Assembly (NCBI RefSeq): GCF_001194135.2
Contig: NC_068992.1
Coordinates: 64,297,943-64,351,420 of the forward strand
DNA length: 53,478 nt
From: Octopus bimaculoides
Taxonomy: Eukaryota
Reading direction: 5' to 3'
The position numbers and the translations under genes are program-made. The notes under the pieces were generated by a model. The model was given only the letters and a program-made list of their open reading frames with translations. It had not been told where the DNA came from and ran no database searches. Shown piece by piece: positions 39,384-50,194 of the stretch (its first letter is position 1; each line of letters starts with the position of its first letter).

Positions 39384-40829
39384 CTAGTTTTGTTGCTGCT
39401 GTTGTTGTTGTTTTTATTATAAGAACAGTCGATGGCAGAACTGGGAGAGCATCGGCCAAGGTCTGAAACATTCTATGTTCAAATCCTTATTCCTCACGGT
39501 ACTTAGTTGCGACCCTTTACGTTCTGTGCTCAAATCCTGCTGAGATCAACTTTGCTTGTCATCTTTTAAAATATAGGAACAGCCGAGTGCCTGGGTGTGA
39601 GGAGGAGAAGTCATTTAGTTGTCTCTACCACTTCCCCACCAAATTGGTGACCTTGTGAGGCCTAAGTGACAGTTCTTTTATTTTTTATTTGTCTATTTAT
39701 TTACTTATTTATTTATATATTACGATTCTTATATGTGTACTTTTCTTTAACTTCTCCTTCATTAATTTCATATAATAATTAAATGTCTTGAGCTATTGAA
39801 TTATTTCTTTTGTTTTTGTGGTTCCTTCTTCCTCATTATGTAGTACTAGGTAGTGATGCAGTAATGTGTGTATACACACACATACACACACACACACACA
39901 TATATACAAATGTATTCACATACACATGCATACTATATATACCCACATATATAAATATACACCAACGCATTTATTGTTGGTCGCATTGAGATCTATAGTT
40001 TGGATTATCAGTTTATAATGAATTTAGGATTAGGTGTGGGTGGATAGATGTTAGTGTTTGGTGGGTCGGTGGTGGAGGTTGTGTCTGGTCGTGACTGGTT
40101 GGTGGGTGTGATGTTATGATAGGTCAAATGTGATGTAACTGATGCTGAAATATAAACAAATCTGAGACGTTTATCCTCTTTTGAAAGTGTAGAGTGGTGG
40201 CAGCGGAGATGGCAATAATAATGGAGTAAGGGTTGGGGTGGGGGCTGAAGGGAAGCTATTTATTTAACCTTACCCTGACCATATTTCTAAAACAGTTCCC
40301 CACCCCGCACAGAAGGAACAAACAACGACTAAATATTGTGTCTGTGCGTATTTTAAAATTTGAGTAAATTTTGAAAAATAATCAAGAATTTGACGAGGTT
40401 TAGCAAAACTATTTATTTATTTGTGTGTGTATGTATATATGTGTGTGTGTATATGTGTGTATATACATATTTATTAAAATACATGTGTGTGTGTGTGTGT
40501 GTGTATTCTAAAATTAAAATATTATTAATCTCCACTATAGTGTTGAGTAATCTACTGACAGGCAACACTAAACAGATATCTATATATATCTATATATATA
40601 TAAATATAGACATTAATGTAACTATAGCAAAGTATATCAATAATATATTTTACATAGTAGTGCAGACATTGTCTGGTACAGAACTTAGTACACTGAGTAG
40701 AATGGATAAATGGATATTCATTATATCAAAATCGGCAGCCGTGAACAGCCCAGCTAAGGGTGAAACCCAGAGTAGATTGGCAACATTGTTGTATATATAT
40801 AAATATATATATATGTTTGTATGCATATA

Positions 40830-40842
<13 letters not shown>

Positions 40843-40898
<56 letters not shown>
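40843..40898. repeat. (TA)n microsatellite; many more (TA)n, (CA)n and (GA)n tracts occur throughout, often next to gaps
   Basis: Directly visible. Confidence 0.95.
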
Positions 40899-40900
<2 letters not shown>

Positions 40901-41070
40901 CAATCTCAAATTGATGTTTAGGACATTGCATAGAATTATGAGGGAAACTTTAGATTAAATAGTAATCATTTTAAAATTTGGTTTTTAGCTCCTAGAGTCA
41001 GAAGCATCTTAGACAAGTTATTATGAACAAGGTTATAAAAGAGTAGGAAGCAAACTTTATTGCCTCCCAG

Positions 41071-41160
41071 TACAAGAAGTATATTGATCCTTTTGATATC
41101 AGGCCATTTAAAACTACCCCTGGATCTAAGATATTAAATGACCCATTTTCAAATGGTCAG
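41071..41160 (+). CDS. Candidate 90-nt exon YKKYIDPFDIRPFKTTPGSKILNDPFSNGQ, phase 0 to 0
   Basis: tttattgcctcccag acceptor, 30 open codons, donor CAG|gtttat (weak; alternative AT|gtaaga about 32 nt further on). Confidence 0.25.
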
Positions 41161-41974
41161 GTTTATGTTAAAACCTTTTGCTATAATTTTATGTAAGACA
41201 GGATTTTAAATCCTGTTCCAAATACCAACTTAATAATGGAAATGTTTGTTTTTACAAAATCTCTCCAAATTCTGGATTGCATTCAAAATTAATGGAAGCT
41301 GATCAGACTGTATTTTAGAACAAATACAATATTGGAAGGGTTAAGTATGCATTTTTAAACAGAAATTTAGGAATGAAAAGAACTGAAAATTTTCACTACT
41401 TTCCCCTTGAAAAATCCTGGAAAGTTTCTCTTTTGAGTGCAGAGCTGGGTAAGAATTTTTATGGAAGTCCAACAGTTCAACTGTTACCCATGCAGTAAAT
41501 CTCTTGTCTCCAAACCACTAATGTGGTCCAAAGGAAAGGCAAGAAATGAAACGGCCCAGCACCTGTTTTATCTTAGGTGAACTCAGAACATAAAAAATTG
41601 GAAAAAATGCCACAAGACATTTCATTCAACATTTTATACCCTTTTGATACCAACCTGCCTGAGACTGTCCTTGGTTTTATGATAGAAATCTCTTTTCAAT
41701 TTATATCAAAACTTTCCAGTAAAATTTCTGTTTCAAACACCACCTGAAGAACGACAAAGTTGTTTTACTAAATTCTTTGTTATTTTCAAAATTGATTGAA
41801 GCAAAAGCAGTGCTTTCCAATTCACCACCTTGTCCTAGTACTTTATTTTTCAGTCCTTGAAGGAAAAGCTAGTTAGCCTTGATGTGATTTGATCTCTTAC
41901 TACTATAATCAGAATTGCTGTCATTGCTGTTTGTAGTTATTATAATTATAATAATAATAATAATAATAATAAAG

Positions 41975-42930
41975 GCAGTAAGCTGGCAGAATTGTTAGCA
42001 TGTTGGACAAAATGCTTAGCAATATTTTGCTCGTCACTGCATTCTTAATTCAAATTCTGCCGAGGTCAACTTTGCTTTTCATCCTTTTGGGATTAATAAA
42101 GTAAGTACCAGTTGAACACTGGGTTGGTTGTAATCGACTCATCCCTACCTCCCCCAAGCTGCTCTTGTGGGAAAAAATTGAAATAATTATTATTATTCTG
42201 AGTAATAGACTTACTCCCTCTCCTAAAATTGCTGGCCTTGTGCCAAAATTTGAAACCATTATTATTGCTTTGAATAGGGCAGTGAGTTGGCAGCATTGTT
42301 TGTACACCTGACAAAATACTGAGTGGCATTTCATCTGTTTTCATGTTCTGAGTTCAAATTCTGATTACTTTGTCTTTCATCCTTTCAGGATCAATGAAAT
42401 AAGTACCAGTCAAGTGCTGGGGTTGATGTAGTTGACTGGCCACCACCCTAGCCACCCCGTGAAAATTTCAGGCCTTGTGCCAAAATTTGAAATTATTCTT
42501 TTCTACTCTAGGCACAAGGCTCAAAATTTTGGGGGAGGGGGTCAACTGGTACTTAATTTATCGACCCCGAAAGGATGAAAGGCAAAGTCGACCTTGGCGG
42601 AATTTGAACTCAGAACGTAGAGACAGATGAAATACCACTAAGCATTTTGCCTGGCGTGCTAACGTTTCTACCAGCTTGCTACCTTAGAAATCATTATTAT
42701 TGCTCTGAGTAAGGCAATGAGCTGGTTGAATCATTAACATGCTGGACAAATTGCTTAGTAGCACTTCGCCCGTCTTTACATTTTGAGTTCAAATTCCACC
42801 AACGTCAACACTATCTTTAATCATTTTTGGAGTTGATGAAATAAGTATCAGTGAAGTACTGGGGTTGATGCAGTCAGCTAGATCTCTCCCACCCCAAATA
42901 TATCAGGCCTTGTGCCTATGGTAGAAAGGG
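41975..42930. mobile_element. Cluster of four family A SINEs (+, +, -, +)
   Basis: Copies at about 41975-42260 (+), 42277-42490 (+), 42497-42685 (-) and 42712-42930 (+). Confidence 0.75.
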
Positions 42931-43229
42931 TTATCATTACTGTGTTCAAATCCGAGTGGGAGATCAACTTCACCTTTCATTTATCCAGAATTGATTACAA
43001 AATGGCTAATAATTATTAAGTCAATTTTTCTTTCCTTCCAAAACATGTGGCCTTGTGTTCTAGATTAGCAAAATTAAGCACTGGACATATAAATAGTTAT
43101 TCATTGTAGCTTATGTCTCGGGTATGTATTTTTTTGTTTTTGTAGCTCACAACCAAAGTTCCTGATACAGAAGGTAAACCAAATAAATTCTCTTACATAC
43201 TTAATGAACTAGCCACATACTCTTATACA

Positions 43230-43630
43230 CCTGATGATACAAAATTCGCTATACATCTAATGATCCTTGATGACTCTCATATAGTTGATGACTCATGCAG
43301 ATTCTCATAGCTGATGACTCATGCAGACTTTCATAGCTGATGACTCGTACAAACTCTCATAACTGGTGACTTGTGCAGACTCTTGTATAGCTGATGACTT
43401 GTGCAGACTCTCATATAGCAGATGACTTATGCAGACTCTCATATAACAGATGGCTCGTGCAGACTCTCATCTAGCTAATGACTCATAACCTGCAGTCATA
43501 AGCTATATGATTGCAGGTTATGACCAATGACCTGCAGTCATATGGCTACTATCATATATACATGGTGGCCAATGCAAACTTTTATATACCTGATGACCTA
43601 CGAAGACTTTAATACAGCTGGATGACCTGC
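43230..43630. repeat. 26/28-bp minisatellite, consensus agctgATGACTCATgcagactctcat(at)
   Basis: Eight clear units anchored at 43288, 43314, 43340, 43366, 43394, 43422, 43450 and 43478, plus decayed flanking units. Confidence 0.85.
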
Positions 43631-43688
43631 TGGGTCAAGTGTAAATTGGTTGAGATGGATGTCTGCGTCTGCTCACAATTGTCTAAAG

Positions 43689-44037
43689 CAGGGGTTCTCA
43701 ACCATATTTTGCCTTTGGACCCTTTTGATTACTATTTTATTCTGGTGGACCCCCAAAAGCATTCAATGTTTAAAAACTAGTTTTATAGATACTTCTTTCA
43801 AAATTCCTATTTTGTTTCTCACACATTCACTTGTGAAGGTTGAATTATGTAAAATGCTGGAGAAAGAAAGCAAGCTGTTCCTTGCAATACACACAAATAC
43901 ATATGTCTAAAGCAAAATTTTTTCAGAGGCCCTTAACTTATTATTGTTGATCCCTAATTTACTATTTTGCTACATGGACCCCCCAAAATCTTCTATGGAC
44001 CCTTAGGAGCTGTATGGACCCCTGTTGAGAACCACTG
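43689..44037. mobile_element. hAT MITE
   Basis: TIRs caggggttctcaac / gttgagaaccactg (13/14); 8-bp TSD gtctaaag / gtctaatg (7/8). Confidence 0.85.
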
Positions 44038-44171
44038 GTCTAATGTCATTAGTGGAACCATGGCTCATGCTATCTAATCATACTTGCTTCTGACTGATAG
44101 TTGTATTATTTCTAGCAAGTCAAGCACCTGCATAGAGGCTTCCTTGCTAGCTTGTATGCTAGCTTGTATGC

Positions 44172-44218
<47 letters not shown>

Positions 44219-45610
44219 TGAGTGTGTGCAGCTGAAGCAGTTGTGTTGGTATGGAGTTGCAATATAAGCATCTGATTCTTGTCAGGTGAAAAGATAGCAA
44301 AAACTGTAAGAAAGACATCCTTGACATAGCTAGATAAAGAAAAACATAGGAAGAAGTGGGAGAAGCAGAGTAAGAGGAGAGAATTGTATAGGAGGGAGTA
44401 ATGGAAGAGATACTATGATATGCAGCTATATGTTGGTAGTTGGTTAGGAGATTGAATAGAAGATCTAGATTTTTTGATGTGTTGAATAAACAAGGATACC
44501 TTCTCTTGTCCATGGTTTTCTTTAGGTGGTTCATCAGTTGGTTGTACACATCAGCAGATGAAAAAATAATTGTTGTAAACTGTGCTAATCTTAATCCCCA
44601 CATTCTTAGGTGATTACATGATTGTTGAAGTCATCTATCATACATCAGGGAGATCCTCTTTGAAACGTTACAAAATAATATTTAACATTTATATAAAGAT
44701 CTGAAATGAAGGGCAAACACAGAGTAACATTTAAGAAAGTTTGTCATCTTGTTGTTGTTGTTGACATCTATTCTATGATGATGATAAGTGGTGGTGGAGT
44801 GGAGACTGATAATACAACGATATTGTGACTTTAGTGTATGGTGTCAGCTCTAGAGTTATGTAAATTAAATTTGGTTGAAATGGGAGATGTTGATGACACC
44901 ATACTTATTTTGAGAGAATGCAACATTCTTTACCCTCTGCACTACTGTGCAGCTTGGCGTTTGACAATTGTGTCAAATGCTCTTGTGGAATGTAATGAAA
45001 TGTGGGTGTTTGCCATGTATGTATATGTGTGTATATATGTGTGTGTATATGTACACATTTGTATTGGTACTTGTGTAATTGTGGTTGTTTGTATTGTACG
45101 TTTGCAGGTGAATGTCTGTGTATTTACGAGTTTATATATGGATTATGTACCTGTATGAACAGGGTTGTGTGTATATTTTGCTGTTGTTTAACCCAAGTCA
45201 GCCTTGACCAAACCAACCTATGATCAAAGGTGTTCAAGGTATGACGGTCCCATCTTATTTGTCAGATATTATTTTATCTACAACTACATTATCTGATGTG
45301 CCCTTCCATTTTTTAAGATGGCAGGATGTGATTTGAGAGAGATCAGGTAACTATTTCTTTTGGGACATAATCATATAGATGCTCTGAGTTTAACTAATTC
45401 CCCATTTCTCTCTCTCTCTCTGTATATATATGTATATAACAATTTTTGCGGCCGAGGAGAGCTTTACACCATCTTCTATATCAATATTATACCTATGCTG
45501 ATGTAATAACAGATTGGTTATAAAGCTTGAAACACGTGTACCGCGATATCCTTTGTGTTCTGTTTTTAATTTATGTTTGACATATATATATATACACACA
45601 CACACATGTC

Positions 45611-45950
45611 CTTGCAGGATTTTGTAGAATTCTAGGAAACTCTCAACAGGTTGTGACCTACTGCAGGTTTCTGTGTAAACTTAGGATGCCATCAGCAGGT
45701 TATTATATTCTATAAGACTTTGAAGACCTTTAGAAGGCTGAGACCTATTGCAAGATTATGTCCAAATATAGGAGGTCCTCAAAAAGCAATGATTATTTAC
45801 GGATTTTGTGAAAATCTAGAAAGCTCCCAGCAGCGTGTGATATATATTGTAGGGTTTTGTTAAACTTGGGAGTTTTCAGTAGGCTGTAGGAGTTTGTGCA
45901 ATTCTAAGGGGTTTTCAGCAGACTGTGAAATACTGTAAGGTTTGCATAGC
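45611..45950. repeat. Degenerate minisatellite, about 48-bp period
   Basis: Recurring tgcagg.tttgt..aa.ctagga....tcagcagg units, aligned by eye. Confidence 0.5.
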
Positions 45951-46129
45951 AATATTTATGTTTTGCGGTGGATGCTAACCAAAAATTTGGCAATGCTTGC
46001 ATTGTCTTCACAATTAAAATGCATCAGGCCATCTGTAGTTTCTAGTTAGTTTGGGCAGTTATTTTCATTACAGCAAGGTGGGTGAACTGGGGTGAAGGGC
46101 CAAAATCTTAAAAAAGCGCTGAGTGTTTG

Positions 46130-46980
46130 GTTTGGATTTGGTGCAGTATAGCATTGTCAAGGATACATTAGTGGAATTGGTGCCATACGGTATTGCTAAG
46201 AGGACATTTATCTAGGGATTGAGAGTATAGTAGGGATTTTCTGAAGAGGGCATCCCTAGATCAAATACAGTATAGCATTGCTGAGTGAGAGGACGTCTAC
46301 ATAGAATTGAATGTGTAGTAGAACATTTTTGAAGGTGGGGCATGTTGGAATTTAGTGCAATATAACATTAGTGAAAGGACATGTATAGATTCAGTGTGCA
46401 GTAAGGCACTGCTAAGGGGGCACCTATTGATTCAGTGTACAGTATGGCATTGCTAAGAGGACATCTAGAGATTCAATGCAGTATTGGTGAGGAGACATAA
46501 CTAACTATGGCCTGAGTGTGTTTTAATGAAGGGACTTCTCTGAGTTCAGTGTTTTAGAGCAGTGTTTCGCGAAGTGTATTTCAAGGAAAACCTCAGGGTT
46601 CCATGAAAATGTTCTTGGGTTATGCAAAGTATCATTTAAAAAAATGTTTATAAGAATTGATAACATTTTCAAAATAATAAGTTATATATTTGTTAATATG
46701 AATGAATTTTTATCTTTAGAACAGTTTTTATTTCATTCAGTGTCTTATTGAGATTAAGAGGGTGGGGTTTTGGTATGGGTGCATAATTTTTGAAAATATG
46801 GTATTTCAGTTCCACAACAAAGTAAGTTTGAGAATTACTGTAGCGGAGTACTGCTTGAGGGACATGTATAGCGTTGGTGAACGGTCATCTATAACATTGG
46901 TGAGGGGAAATCTGGGGATTGAATGAACAGTAGAGTATTGCTGAGGGGTGGTGGGGTATCAAGAGATTGAATTACTCTGA
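46130..46980. repeat. Degenerate 40-45-bp tandem array interrupted by a hAT-like MITE
   Basis: Recurring cagtat.gcattgct.ag.ggacat, about 12 units on both sides of 46560-46840. Confidence 0.6.
46560..46840. mobile_element. hAT-like MITE (degenerate)
   Basis: Termini cagtgtttcgcgaa / tttgagaattactg; no convincing TSD. Confidence 0.45.
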
Positions 46981-47095
46981 GGAAATACGAACTGATCATG
47001 TAACTTATCTACAGCATTAACCTTACCTTTTGTGTTTGATCACCATTTTCTCCAGTTACCTGTAAGTGTTCTGATCCCTTCACTATATATATATA

Positions 47096-47315
47096 CATGA
47101 GGAGATGCTAAAAAGATCCTAGCTTTAAGGGTATCATGAAAGACCTGGCTGGAGGCCCAACCTTCCAAGTTCTTTTACAGGGCTTAGAAAAACTGAAGAA
47201 CTGCTGCAGTAAGTGTGTGAATCTGAGAGGGGAATATGTTGAATAAAATCATAATTTACTGATCCTCCAGTATTTTCTTTTACTCAAAGCCAGGAACTTT
47301 TCAACACCCCCTGAA
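47096..47315 (+). mobile_element. Internally deleted Tc1/mariner element retaining the transposase C-terminus
   Basis: TA flanks; TIRs gaggagatgctaaaaagatcctagcttt / aaagccaggaacttttcaacaccccct; 47146-47246 encodes WLEAQPSKFF / QGLEKLKNCCSKCVNLRGEYVE* (one frameshift), like the mariner end GI.KL..RW.KC....G.YVE. Confidence 0.85.
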
Positions 47316-47971
47316 TATAGTTGTGTCCACATGCATGCACACACGCACACACACACACATATATAAAGGGATTATATAAATGACAAGGAAACAATTAACT
47401 AACAACTGCTTCTGCTATATGATGCTATGCACTCATAGTTGAGTGTTTGTGCTTCAAAAATGAAGTGTGATTATATATATATGCATATAAAATCTAAAAT
47501 TGCACTTCTACTAAAGATATTATTAAAGATAACAACCAAATTGTCCTTAAATCATACCTCACCTATTTAAATAAAGGAAAGATATGTATAATGCAAGCCT
47601 AGACATACCTTAAAAAAAAAAGCCATGCTGGTCATGACTGAACTGCTTTAAAAAAATCGAGTTCTATCAACCTTTGACATCACCTTCTAATTCACAGTAA
47701 TGTCTTGGTACTTGGTAGATTAATGAGATTTATAAGGAAACAGGGAAGAACCTTGAGAGTAAGAGTTTGCCTTATTGAATAACATCCTTCCTTGTAGCAT
47801 CCTTTTTCTTGATACCATTGTGAATGTTATCAATAAGTCAACTATGATATTAAGTCAGCATTATTGTTACATGACAGCTTCAAGAAGGGTTTCTTAAATT
47901 CTTCCTGTGCCATAATTCTCTGTACGGATGTATCTGTTGTTTCCTGTAATACCATATTCTCTCCCTCTAGT

Positions 47972-47972
47972 A

Positions 47973-48008
<36 letters not shown>

Positions 48009-48010
48009 CG
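47972..48010. repeat. (ACGC)n microsatellite, about 10 units
   Basis: Directly visible. Confidence 0.95.
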
Positions 48011-48019
48011 TATGTATCA

Positions 48020-48200
48020 ACATCATCATAATTTAATGTCTGTCTTCCATGCTGGCATGGGTTGGATGGTTTGACAGGAGCTGGAGAGCTGGAGAGATGC
48101 ATCAGCCTCCATTGTCTGCTTTGGCATGGTTTTTATGGCCAGATACCCTTCCTAATGTTTGCCCCTTTACAGAGTGTACTGGGTAATTTTTATGTGGCAC
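48020..48200 (-). mobile_element. RTE 3' UTR
   Basis: catcatcataatttaatgtctgtcttccatgctggcatgggttggatgg...gatacccttcctaatg. Confidence 0.7.
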
Positions 48201-49844
48201 CAACATCAGTGGGGTTCCCAAGTAGTCTGCAAGATGAAGACCTCTCCACTGGGAGAGGGAGTGGAACCAAGGGAAGTGGCTGTGTGCTAGGTGAGAGGTT
48301 AGAATATAATTGAGAGATGGATATAGGTGACTTACTATAGAGGAGATACTTGGCTCCCCAGTAAGAAAAGAAAGAGAAAGGAGAGATGGTGCTAGAAACA
48401 TAGAGAGATGGTAAGAGAGAGAGAGAGAGCTGCATTGTGCTCCATGTCAGCTTTGTAAAGTGGTTGGCATTAGGAAGAGCATCCAGCCATAGAAACTACA
48501 CCAGAGTGTATTGGGGTTTTCTTTGTGTCACTGGCACTAGTGGGGTTGCCATGTAACTTGAAAGACAGGAAAGGATGAGAAGGAGAAATGGGACCAAAGG
48601 AGAAGGCCCTCTTGATAAAGTGGTAGTGGGGATGGCAGTATTTGAGAGGGCGGAGGGGTGATATTTATGGCAGGTACAAGCAGAGGCGTCTTGCTACTGA
48701 GGAGATATGTGGCTACCTATATAAGGGTGGAAGTGTCAAGGAAAACGGTAAGATAGTCATGGTGCAGTACCAGAGCAAAACCCTCAAGAAGCAAGAGATG
48801 ATGTGGGAGGTGATCAGGTGGTGGGGAAGTTATAAGAGCATGCAAGGAGAGTATCAGATGGCTAGAGGTAGGGTGGGTGGGTAGAGGTGAATGTAGTGAG
48901 TGATGGACAGGGGTCGAGGTGTGGAGTGCAGGAAATCCTTGGCCTTTGAATTACTATGTAACTGCCACTAATTTAAAATAGACAACCGATTGTGGCCAAT
49001 GCCAGTACTCCCTGATTGGCTCTTGGAAGTAAAAGAAGTGACTCAGGGTGACAAATGTCAATGAAGAATGAGGGATGCTGGAGTAATGTGAGAGAGTAAA
49101 GGACAGCAATAAAGATGGTGATGGAAGAGAAGGATAGCAACAGAAATAAGTAACGATAAGGTTGAGTGGTAAATCTCAATAAAGAATGGCATGTAGTTGG
49201 GAAGAGAGTATAGCTAGCAATAAGGAAGGATGATGGTACAAGGTATTGAACATGGATAGATCCAATGCCATCCCTCAGTACAAAGGTATTGTGATGGAAG
49301 AGAGGCAGTGCTTCAGAGGGTGATAGCAAGAATATAAATCTGTACATTGATATGCATCTCATCATCATCATCATCCTTTAATGTCTGTTAACACCGTTCA
49401 TGCTGTAGATGCCTATCATGGTCTCTCTTCCATTACACCCTCCTCTATCACCTTTTGTTTCTATTACTCTGTTTCTCCCATCATACTCATAACCTCTCTT
49501 ATTCAACTTTCTCACCGTGGTTTTCTTTTTCATCAGTTTTATCCATACTGTTGGCCACACTTACTGTAAATGAACAGAATCAAGGTAGAATATGAAAAAT
49601 ACACAAGACAGCAAAACCTCTTGTGTTGGTGACATGATAAACTTCACCTAGTGTCAGGGTTGTGGAGCCGGCATACAAAATCTTCATCTCTAACCCCTCA
49701 GTCTCCTATTTTTAATTAGACTAATCAAATATAATACACATAGTCAATGTAGATCATCCAGCTACTTTTTTTAGCACCCTAACCTATTAGAATTATCATT
49801 TGATGGTTGTAGCTATGCCAGTGTGACCTTATATCATTTATTAC

Positions 49845-50066
49845 ACTCTTTAGTATTTAAACTAACTGTATCTGGCCTGAAATTTCTACCTGCTTTATGT
49901 TCAAACTGACCGTATCTAACCTTTCATGTCTACCCTTTAATGTCATTCTAAACATAAACAATCACATCATGTGAATCTTGAAGCTATGAGATAATGCACG
50001 ATTAATTCAAAATGACGAATAAATAAACATTACATGTGACAGGGTAATCTGAATGCGAAAGGGTTA
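49845..50066. mobile_element. piggyBac-like MITE
   Basis: ctcttttagtatttaaact ... gaatgcgaaagggTTAA; homologous to 26589-26816. Confidence 0.65.
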
Positions 50067-50194
50067 AAGAAGTCGCATGCAATTAATTATAAAACAAAAA
50101 CCTACGAAATTTTAAAAAAGTAAATGTTTTGTTAAAAAGATATAAAAGAAACTGTAGAAATGCTATAAAAGAAAATCAACATCTTTTGTTTTTC

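Noticed and set aside
43230-43630. Repeated CTGATGA as hammerhead cores or box C motifs; CRISPR-like appearance
   Set aside because: No stem II plus GAAA after the core, no box D or terminal stem arrangement, and the units have no unique spacers.
44112-44603. 163-aa minus-strand ORF and a possible exon ...ADVYNQLMNHLKKTMDKRR
   Set aside because: No pyrimidine tract at the acceptor, low complexity, runs into (CA)n and has no recognisable motif.
46130-46980. CRISPR or coding repeat
   Set aside because: Eukaryotic context, no invariant repeat, no cas genes and no open frame.
47181-47208. Exon-like ttttacag|GGC...TGCA|gtaagt
   Set aside because: It lies within the mariner transposase remnant and is better explained by it (exonisation not excluded).
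48240-49374. GA-rich segment and 133-aa minus ORF, possibly a decayed LINE endonuclease region (similar texture at 11150-11290 and 44290-44470)
   Set aside because: No diagnostic APE or RT motif could be read with confidence.
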